DNA from: Tubulanus polymorphus
Lineage: Eukaryota; Animalia; Nemertea
DNA: 64,000 nucleotides
Direction: 5' to 3'
NCBI RefSeq assembly: GCF_964204645.1
Contig: NC_134031.1
Span: 9,858,001 to 9,922,000, forward strand
A program made the position numbers and the translations under genes. Shown here one piece after another: positions 54,266 through 64,000 of this stretch. Positions within the stretch are counted from its first letter, which is position 1, and each line of letters begins with the position of its first letter. Below the pieces are notes generated by a model. That model did no database searches and was not told where the DNA came from. It saw only the letters and a program-made list of their open reading frames with translations.

Positions 54266-55900
54266 ATGGAAGCGAACAAGAAGTACTACTGTCCAACATG
54301 TAAAATTGATATAAATAAATCTCACAAAGCAAGATATAATAATACTAAATCTCACTCAGAAAATAAATTAAAATTAGAATATAAAGATGGTATAGTAGAA
54401 ACTAAATTAGAAGAATTGAAAAATGAAAATGAAACATACAAATGTGTTACGTGTAATCAATCATTCAGTAACAAAGGCTATTAAATCTAAAAGCCATATT
54501 AGAAATATTAATAATTATATTTTAGGTTGAGATTATTTAGATGAAAATAATGATCAAAAACAAAGCACAATTAAAAGAATAAAAAAGAAATTAAACAATA
54601 AAAGACCATACATGGAAGATGTAAGAAATTATATTAATTCATTTGATGATAAAAAAGAAATAGAGATAATGGAAGAATTTAAAGGTGATATTGGTCGAGC
54701 TGCTATTGAGTTTAGATTTTATAAAGGTAAAACGTTAGAAGAAAATAAAAAACTAAGAAAATATGAAAAGTATTATAAAAAATGATTACAGACGTAGAAT
54801 ATCCTAAAATAAGTATATCTGCTAAAGGTAAATTTATGAAATCTGAAGATAAACCAATATATGATATAAATTCTCATTCACAACATATTTCAAAACAACA
54901 TATAGATGATAGATTAAATAAATGTTACAATGAAGTAAAAAATAAAGTAGAAAAGAGATATTTTGAAGGGTCTGGTTTAATATTGGATGAAATATTTATG
55001 ACGTTACATGTGTAAAATACAAAATATAATAAATTAACTAAATGAAAACAATTGATGAAAATAATTTATCACATTATAAAGATGTTAACATAAATGTATC
55101 TTAAATGGAAGTTATATTAAACTACCATTTAAAACTAATGCTGTTATAAATGTACAAAATTTTGATGATAAATGTTTTTATGGGTAATTATAAGTTGTTT
55201 ACATCCAACAGAAGATATTACACATAGTTTTAGAGTATCAAATTATATACTATTTGAAAATAATTATAAGATAGAAATGTACCCTCTTAAAATCAGAACT
55301 ATTCCAAAAATAGAAGGAGATAATGATTTAAAAATAAATGTATATGATTTAATAAAATTACCAAATACAAAAGGTAATAAAATTGAACATTTTACATTAG
55401 AACCTTTATACCTATCAAAAGATTATGATTCAAATGATGCTCATATATTATATTATGAGAATCATTATATGTGGATAAAACAAATCGATTTATTTTTTGT
55501 TAATGTATCAGTTTCATTACAATGTATTACAATCTCATTTTGGAGAAAAGCATATAGAAATTATGTATTTTGATACTGACAGTTACATTTTAAAGATTAA
55601 AACTAATAATCTAAGAAATGATTTAACTAAATTAAAACATCATTTTGATTTTAGTAATTATCCTAAAGATAATCCGTTATATAATTCTGAAAAAAAGTTC
55701 CAGGCAAATTTAAAGATGAATTAGGTTCTGACGAAATGATAGAGTTTATAGGAATTAGATCTAAAATGTATAGTTACAGAACTAAAGAGCATGAGGCAAA
55801 AAATCAAAAGTTGTAACAAAATGTATAGTAGAAAAGAATATTCATTTTAAAGATTAAATCAATTGCATATTTGATGAAGAAACTAACAAACATAAGATGA
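54266..55900 (+). pseudogene. pPolB copy D: ZnF N-terminus joined to an intein-free motif C region
   Basis: MEANKKYYCPTC, KRYFEGSG, GSYIKLPF...NVQNFDDKCFLW, then a deletion junction at ~55495 and HIEIMYFDTDSYILKIKT...GIRSKMYSY. Confidence 0.88.
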
Positions 55901-55914
55901 AATGTCTGAAATAA

Positions 55915-58040
55915 TAAATTGTCGCGGCCAATAAAACAAATAAATATTACATGCGACAAAAACCAAAATGATGAATTGTCGCGGGCGACAAAACCAAAAT
56001 ATTGAATTGTCGCGGGGGACAAAACCAAAATAATGAATTTTCGCGGGCGAAAAAAAACCAAAATATTGAATTGTCGCGGGCGACAAAACCAAAATAATGA
56101 ATTTTCGCGGGCGATAAAACCAAAATAATGAATTGTGGCGGGCGACAAAACCAAAATAATGAATTGTCGCGGGCGACAATACCAAAATATTGAATTGTCG
56201 CGGGCGACAAAACCAAAACATTGAATTGTCGCGGGCGACAAAACCAAAATAATGAATTGTCGCGGGCGATAAAACCAAAAAATGAATTGTCGCGGGCGAC
56301 AAAACCAAAATAATGAATTGTCGCGGGCGACAATTCCAAAATATTGAATTGGGCGATAAAACCAAAATATTGAATTGTCGCGGGCGACAAAACCAAAAAA
56401 ATGAATTGTCGCCGGCGACAAAACTAAAATAATGAATTGACGCCGGCGATAAAACCAAAAAAATGAATTGTCGCGGGCAATAAAACTAAAATAATGAATT
56501 GTTGTAGGCGATAAAACCAAAATATTGAATTGTCGCGGGCGATAAAACAAATAAATATTACATGCGACAAAAACAAAAATATTGAAGTGTCGCGGGCGAC
56601 AAAACCAAAATATTGAATTGTCGCGGGCGACAAAACAAAAATATTGAATTGTCGCGGGCGACAAAACCAAAATATTGAATTGTCGCGGGCGACAAAACCA
56701 AAATGATGAATTGTCGCGGGCGATAAAACCAAAATAATGAATTGTCGCTGGCGATAAAACCAAAATAATGAATTGTCGCGGGCGATAAAAGCAAAATATT
56801 GAATTGTCACGGGCTACAAAACTGAAATAATGAATTGTCGCGGGCGGTAAAACCGAAATAATGAATTGTTGCGGGTGATATAACCAAAAAATTAATTGTC
56901 GCGGGCGACAAAACCAAAATATTGAATTGTCGCTTGCGACAAAACCGAAATAATGAATTGTCGCGGGCGACAATACCAAAATATTGAATTGTCGCGGGCG
57001 ACAAAACCAAAATGATCGATTGTCGCTGGCGATAAAACCAAAATAATGAATTGTCGCGGGCGATAAAAGCAAAATATTGAATTGTCGCGGGCTACAAAAC
57101 CAAAATAATGAATTGTCGCGAGCGGTAAAACCAAAATAATGAATTGTCGCCGGCGATAAAACCAAAATATTGAATTGTCGTCAGCGATAAAACCGAAATA
57201 TTGAATTATCATGGGTTATAAAACCAAAATATTGAATTGTCGCGGGCGACAAAACCAAAAAAGTGAATTGTCGCGGGCCAAAACTAAAATAATGAATTGA
57301 CGCGGGCGATAAAACCAAAAAAATGAATTGTCGCGGGCGATAAAACTAAAATAATGATTGTCGCGGGCGACAAAACCGAAATATTGAATTGTCGCAGGCG
57401 ACAAAACCAAAATAATGAATTGTTGCAGGCAATAAAACCAAAATAATGAATTGATGCGGGCGATAAAACCAAAATAATGAATTGTCGCGGGCTACAAAAC
57501 CAAAATCATGATTTGTCGCGGGCGACAAAACCAAAATATTGAATTGTCGCAGGCGACAAAACCAAAATATTGAATTGTCGCAGGCGACAAAACCAAAATG
57601 ATGAATTGTCGCCGGCGATAAAACCAAAATAATGAATTGTCGCGAGCGATAAAAGCAAAATATTGAATTGTCGCGGGCGACAAAACCAAAAAAATGAATT
57701 GTCGCGGGCGATAAAACTAAAATAATGATTGTCGCGGCGACAAAACCGAAATATTGAATTGTCGCAGGCGACAAAACCAAAATAATGAATTGATGCGGGC
57801 GATAAAACCAAAATAATGAATTGTCGCGGGCTACAAAACCAAAATCATGATTTGTCGCGGGCGACAAAACCAAAATATTGAATTGTCGCAGGCGACAAAA
57901 CCAAAATGATGAATTGTCGCGGGCGATAAAACCAAAATAATGAATTGTCGCGAGCGATAAAAGCAAAATATTGAATTGTTGCGGGCTACAAAACCGAAAT
58001 AATGAATTGTCGCGGGCGACAAAACCAAAATATTGAATTG
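55915..58040. repeat. Tandem array of a 31-32-bp unit (~65-68 copies)
   Basis: Consensus AAAACCAAAATAWTGAATTGTCGCGGGCGAY; the long minus-strand ORFs here are by-products of the repeat. Confidence 0.97.
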
Positions 58041-60690
58041 AGATGATTTTAATCTAACATAATTATTACAAGAACCATTTTATGATCAATTAAAAGAGGA
58101 GTGTGTAAAAGATGAAGTTTTTACTAGAACATTTAATATTTGGAATCATTTTAAGATAAAAAATCATGGTGAATTAGTAAATTTATATTTAAAATCAGGT
58201 GTACTGATATTGGCTGATATATTTGAAAAATTTAGAGAAGTTAAATTAAATCATTTTAATGTTGATCCTTGTTATTGCTACTCTAGTCCGGGTTTAACTT
58301 GGCAATGTGGTTTAAAATATACTTGTGTAGAATTAGATTTATTAAAAGAACCAGACATAGTTTCATTATTTGAAAAATCAATCAGAGGTGGAATTAGTGG
58401 TATTATGGGAGGGGTATTTTAAAGCAAATGATGAATATAAATTATTACATATTGACGCCAATAATTTATATGCTTGGGCAATGATGCAATATCAACCATA
58501 ACAGAAGTTGAAAATGATGATAAAACTGAGTGGGAAAGCGCAATTATGAGTTAAAAAGATGATGTACCTATTGGTTATTTCTTTGTAGTTGATTTAGAAT
58601 ATCCTGATAATATAATGTTTAAAACAAGAAACTTACCTTATTGCCCAGAACATTTAGCCGTATATGATAGTTATCTAGAAGTGAATACCAGAAAAAAAAT
58701 AAAATCGAAAGACAATGGTTTTACAGAAAAATTAATATTAACACAAAATAATAGATATAATTATATTGTTCATTATAGAATGTTAAAATTTTATCTAAAA
58801 CAAGGAATGAAATTAGAGAAAGTACATAGATATATTGAATTCAATCAATCGAAGTGGTTAGAAAAATATATAGATTTCAATACTCAACAGAGATCAATAT
58901 CTAAAGCAGATTTTTTTAAATTAATGAATAATAGTTTTTATGGAAAAACATGTGAAAATATTAGAAATAGAAATGATATTGAATTAGTAAATAATTCTGA
59001 ACGATTGAGACATTTACAATCAAGTCCTAGACACTTAGGAAATAAAAGATTTGAAGATTATTCAACAGCAGTAAAATTAAAAAGAACGCCAATGAAATTT
59101 AATAAACCTATAATCATTGGTTTAACTGTTTTCGAAATATCAAAATTATTAATGTATGATTTTAATTATAATGTTTTTCAACCACTTTTTGGGGGAAAAC
59201 ATATATAAATCTTATATTATGATTCTGTTACAGCTGATACTCCAATATTGTTGAAATATAATAATCAAATGTTACTTAGAAGAATTTCAGAAATAATTCA
59301 TAAGCAAAATGAACTTTATATTTCGTATGGTGAAAAATTATTAATACAAATAAATGGATTAATGGATGTTTTGACAAAAAATGGATGGAAAAAATTTAAA
59401 AATATAATAAGAAATAAAACAAATATAAGAATATATAGAGTTAGAACTAAATTAGTGTTTGTTGATGTTACTGAAGATTAATTTAATTAAACAAAATGGT
59501 GATGAAATAAAACCAACTGATATAAAAATATAGATGAATTATTACATAAAAGATTTTATCCAATAATGAATCATATGTCATTTGATGAATTAATTGATAA
59601 TATTTATAACATAGAACCAGAAACATTAGAAGAAAAAGAATATTTTATCAAAGGATTTTTTATGGGAGATGGTTCAGCAGAGCAGATGTGTATAATTACG
59701 TTGGAGGCAATAAATATTGTTGATATTCATGCAATCAAGATTTGAAATTATTAAAAAGAAATAAAAAATATTGTGAAGAAATTTATCCAAATAAAACATT
59801 TATTAGAATCGTGGATCATATGAAATCATCAGCAGTTTATAGAATACTTGTGAAAAACCCTAAAGATTTTGCTACAACATAATGATGAATTCTATATTCA
59901 TGCAATAGTTAAAAGTAATACTTCAACCAAAGAAAAGATAGTGCCAGATTATGTATCAAATGCAAAAATCTAAGAAAATTGTTCTTCATTCGATTCTACG
60001 CAGCAGATGGTGCTAAAAAATTTACGGGTTCTCCAGTAATAATATTTGCACAAAAGGAAAAGTTGGTATATCAGGATTGTAATTCATTAGGCTTCAATAT
60101 GAATATTGAATTAATTAAATCTAAACCAAATTGTTTTAATTCAAGACACGGAGAAAAAGAAATATCCAAGAAGTTAGAGATTTATTTGAAATATATAACC
60201 CATCAGATTATGTTTATGATTTATCAACTGAAGATGGAACATTCAAATCTGGTTTCCATTAATCCTCAGAAATACGGATGCGTACACACTAAAAATCAAG
60301 GCAAATAACATAACAAAAGACTTACAAACATTAAAACATCATTTCGACTTAAGCAATTATCCAAAAGATCATGCATTATTTAGCAATGATAATAAAAAAA
60401 AATTCCTGGAAAGTTTAAAGATGAATAAGGGGGTGATGAAATGATTGAATTTGATGGGATAAGAAGTAAAATGTATAGATATAGAACTAAAGATCATGAA
60501 GCTAAAAAGTTCAAAGGAATAACAAAGCATGTGGTTGATAAACATATAAAATGTCAAGATTATATAAAGTGTTTATATAATTCAATAGTAATGAAACATA
60601 AAATGAAGTTGAAAAAACTAGTTTAAATCCATTCGATGATAAAAGATATATTTTGGATGATGGAATAAAAACATTACCTTAAGGTTATTA
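58041..60690 (+). pseudogene. pPolB copy E (polymerase domain), intein-containing
   Basis: LADIFEKFR, SSPGLTW, SIRGGIS, HIDANNLYAWAM, KLMNNSFYGKTCEN, intein in YYD|...|TDA, FDDKRYILDDGIKTLP. Confidence 0.92.
59224..60273 (+). mobile_element. Intein with LAGLIDADG homing endonuclease in pPolB motif C (copy E)
   Basis: YYD|SVTADTPILL, VDVTED, YFIKGFFMGDGS, FYAADG, YVYDLSTEDGTF...LILRN|TDA; 1050 bp with frameshifts and stops. Confidence 0.92.
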
Positions 60691-60989
60691 AAACATAATA
60701 TCAACATCATCATACTCGAAATCACTATTGGCTTCTTCATTTTCATCTTATTGTTTTTCTATAATTTCTTTAGGTTCTTCCATTTCATTTTTCTCTTTTA
60801 AATAAAATTCTATATTATTCCACATTTCATCTCGCTCCTTTTGTTTCTTTTTATTTGTTATTCATCAAATGGAATCATAATATCGATGTTTAAAAAATGA
60901 GCAATTTTATTCAAAAAGAATTCATAATTAATTGAATCTGTTATTTTATCATCCACATAATATCTTAATATTTTTATGATATTGCAATT

Positions 60990-61775
60990 GATACTGCAAT
61001 TATAACTATTTTAGGATCGGCAATTGTTAATGCTTTAGCATTTACAGGTGGTGGTTATTTATTTAAACATATTGATAAAAATGGTTCATTATCAGAACAA
61101 AAAGTCATAACCTAGCATTAGAGAAATATAATAAAGCAGCAGAAGAATATAGAGAAAAAGACAAAATTATATGGATTATATTAATAAAAAATTATATGAT
61201 CAAAATATTGCACACTTCCAATACCATCTAAGATCCCCAATAATTAAATATTTGAATACATCATTTGATAGAAAAAAACAATTCAAAATATTATTTAAAG
61301 ATTCTATTCATAATGATAAAAATAGATCGATTCCAGAAAATATAGTAAGATATCAAAATTATTTAGATAAATCTCATGTAAGATTAAATTATTGTATAGG
61401 TCCTAATTTATTAATTATTTCTGATGATTAAATATAAAAAATTGGAAATATAATTGATTATAACAATTTGATTAAAAATGCAACAATAAATAATTCATTT
61501 GGATTAAATGATATAAATAAAAAGATTATCACTGCTTGAAAACTAATGGAAGGTGAAAAAATTAAAAAGATATACAATCAACTGAAACTAAAACAAAGAA
61601 TATTAAATTAAATAATTGTTCTAAATTAAAAGATTACAATACATCAGAAAATATAAAAACTGATAATATTCAACATGAAATAATCAAAACTAATAATGAT
61701 ATTAAATCACATGAATATACTAAATTAGCTATAACTTGTATAGGAATTGTAATAGGAGGAATATTATATTTTTAA
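60990..61775 (+). pseudogene. Polinton small ORF fused by deletion to the C-terminus of the long conserved ORF
   Basis: GSAIVNALAFTGGGYLFKHIDK...; then SIPENIVRYQNYLDKSHVRLNYCIGPNL...IGNII.YNN (paralog 17870-18410). Confidence 0.65.
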
Positions 61776-61798
61776 TTTTAATTTTTTTTATTATATAA

Positions 61799-63264
61799 AT
61801 GGATGTAGAAGGTGGAGAAGATATTGGAATGGGTACTTTTGATGAACCCGGTATAACTGAAGAACAACCACTTGATTTTAATGAAACAAGTTTTAGTAAC
61901 GATAATGAAACAGCATATAATTATAATTTAGCAATACCTGATACTAATGAATATGTTAATAAAGCAAGTTCAAGATTGAATATTGAAAATTTAAATCCTT
62001 GACTAGAAAAAAAAGAATTGAAATATGATGAATTAACTGAAAAACTTGAACCAATATTAAAAAAATCTGGATACAATATAACTCATAATGGTGTGAATTA
62101 TTTAGTAGAAGATTTGAAATATTTAAATGGTGATTATTATTTGCATTTGCAAGATGACTTTTATTTTAAGATATCTTGGAATAAAAGTCTCGATAAAATA
62201 ATAACAAAATAAACTTAAATTAAATTAGATCAATCTGGAATTAAGAAAATCAATAATGATGTTATAACAGATGTTACAGAAGAGGAGATAAATAGAAGAA
62301 TATTAATCGAAGAAATGATGATTTTTTGAAGATAATTGATGAAAATTTAGAACCAGAAACAATTCCTAAAGAAGTTATTAATTCAAAAACCAGTAAACTT
62401 AAATCAACCGAAGTTCAAACTGAAAAACTTTTACAGAATGGATTTTTTGACGCAACAAATCAAGAATTTTAAGATTCAAATTTCTGAAAAAGCAATTAGA
62501 GAAATAATAAGTATAAGAAATGAAGCTGATAAAATTGCTAAAATTAAATTGATAAGAAATCATAAAATAAACGATTTAGATGATGAATTATCTAAATCAA
62601 GAAAATAATTCGAACAATAAATGTAAGATAGAGATAATAAAGTTATCGAAGAAATTGTATTTAAAAAAAGAAATGCATATTTTAAGAAAGAAATTGATGA
62701 TTTAAAAGATAATTTAGAAGTACAGAAAGAAGAAAAAAAATTATTTAAAATATATGGTTATTGTATTATTAGATTAAAAGTTATTTTTAATGATTTATTA
62801 ATTAAACCAAATTCTAAAGTATCATCGAAAGATAGAATAAAATTATTATCTAAGTTAGAAGGTATCACAATTCTTTCAATTCTAACAGCTGTAACTGTGT
62901 TGTAAATAGCTGTAATTGTTGTAAATATCAGCTGTAAGCTGATATTTACAACAATTGGTTTAGCTATACCAAATTCCTTAAAATCTACACCTAACCCTAA
63001 ACCACCTGATAAACCACCGAATAATAATAATTCTATACAAGATAAAGTTAAGGATGGCTTTAAAAAATTAGTAAAATATTTATGGGAATTATCTAGAAAC
63101 AAACTGCTGCAGCATTTCCCGGAATTATTGCATCAATTGTTGGTTTTGTTTTAAAATCTGCTGGAAACATTATTAGTTTTGCTGCTGAACATATAATCTT
63201 TTTTTTAATAACAGTTGTTAGCGCAATTATTTCTGGATTAGTTAATTTGATAAAAAATAAATAA
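61799..63264 (+). pseudogene. Adintovirus GasderminX-like coiled-coil/membrane protein
   Basis: Acidic N-terminus with ETSF, coiled coil, EGITILSILTA, Pro-rich linker, KVKDGLKKL...FPGIIASIVGFVLKSAGNIISFAAEHIIFFL; lies directly upstream of the capsid gene. Confidence 0.65.
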
Positions 63265-63284
63265 GTAATTTTATTTCTTAATAA

Positions 63285-63540
63285 ATGAGTGGGAGTAATA
63301 TAAATTCTTCTGCGAATTATATAATTTCTAATGCTATTAAAGCAGAAAGATCTCATCATATAATTACTCATAATCCTTCTAATATTAATCCCGATGAAAC
63401 TTTATATGTTAGAATTCCTCGATTAACACAAAATACTTTTTATGTTCCAAATAGTATTTACTTATCAGCTGATATAAAAGTTACTGGTCATGATAATAAT
63501 TATGTCGTAGATAATGTTGGAAGATATTTAATTAAACAAG
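63285..63540 (+). pseudogene. Polinton/adintovirus major capsid protein N-terminus, truncated
   Basis: AIKAERSHHIITHNPSNINPDETLYVRIPRL...VPNSIYLSADIKVTG...VVDNVGRYLIK resembles the NPS.I.....L.V.FP.L...VP...L...N.GR.. start of Polinton double-jelly-roll capsid proteins; similarity stops at ~63540. Confidence 0.7.
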
Positions 63541-64000
63541 AGGACTTCAAAGTCCTGGGGTTCGAAGAAGCAAAGTCTGATGTAATAAATTATTAATTAC
63601 ATACACATTACATGGTTTTCCGCATTTTGCACGTGGTGAATGATATGCTTTGTAATTATATTAAGGTGTAATAAAGTTATGTTGAATTTGAGTTGTTTAC
63701 ATCTGACGTCTTCGATAAAATGAGGCGCGCAGCTGAGCTTGCCTGTTAAATCAACATATTTGGTTTACACTAAAAATACGCTTACTTGAAAAACTATGTA
63801 GTGTATCAATCTAGAATTTTCGGCACAATATCCGATGCTAAATACCTTACTTTAAAGGTTAATTTGATGTAAATCGGATCGCAAATATTTCTAATATTTT
63901 GTTCTTAACTTATGAAGTGGAAGCCGGTGTCGGCATCAACGCTGTACGTACGGGTACTGGTGCTTTAACAGGATCAGCATTGATGGTATATTTATGCGCT

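Noticed and set aside
55804-58028. Long minus-strand ORFs (453 aa and others)
   Set aside because: Translations of the stop-poor satellite, open in several frames at once.
55915-58040. CRISPR-like array (palindromic ~32-bp repeats)
   Set aside because: Units are contiguous with no unique spacers, no cas genes, eukaryotic context.
59224-60273. Spliceosomal or group I intron, or a hedgehog Hint domain, as explanation of the pPolB insert
   Set aside because: No GT-AG ends. The insert is protein-coding in the extein frame, with Ser...Asn|Thr junctions and internal LAGLIDADG motifs.
62758-63371. Minus-strand ORFs of 114 and 92 aa
   Set aside because: Antisense shadows of the + strand GasderminX-like and capsid genes.

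Overview
AT-rich eukaryotic (very probably invertebrate animal) genomic DNA. One host gene is visible: seven + strand exons of a facilitated hexose transporter (SLC2A/GLUT family) from 19622 to ~52735, with a 24.6-kb intron. Its 5' exons were not found in the window. Most of the remaining sequence is nested mobile DNA, dominated by several decayed copies of one family of Polinton/Maverick-type endogenous virus (adintovirus-like). These carry Zn-finger-prefixed protein-primed PolB, small membrane ORFs, a GasderminX-like ORF and the N-terminus of the major capsid protein. The main result is that two pPolB copies carry a ~350-codon LAGLIDADG intein in the YxD|TDS catalytic motif, resembling the PolB inteins of giant viruses, while a third copy has the empty site. 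The family also has ~150-bp hairpin termini whose arms co-vary between copies, a complete 4.35-kb non-autonomous derivative with a 6-bp TSD, and a recurrent T-run/TAAATG start context. Other content: a Harbinger transposase split by a solo LTR, a Gypsy-type solo LTR, Helentron-like inserts, Sola-, Kolobok-, piggyBac- and Tourist-like non-autonomous elements, CR1/L2-group LINE remnants, a tRNA-derived SINE, a candidate minimal hammerhead ribozyme and a 2.1-kb palindromic 31-32-bp satellite. All family assignments come from motif recognition by eye; no searches were run.
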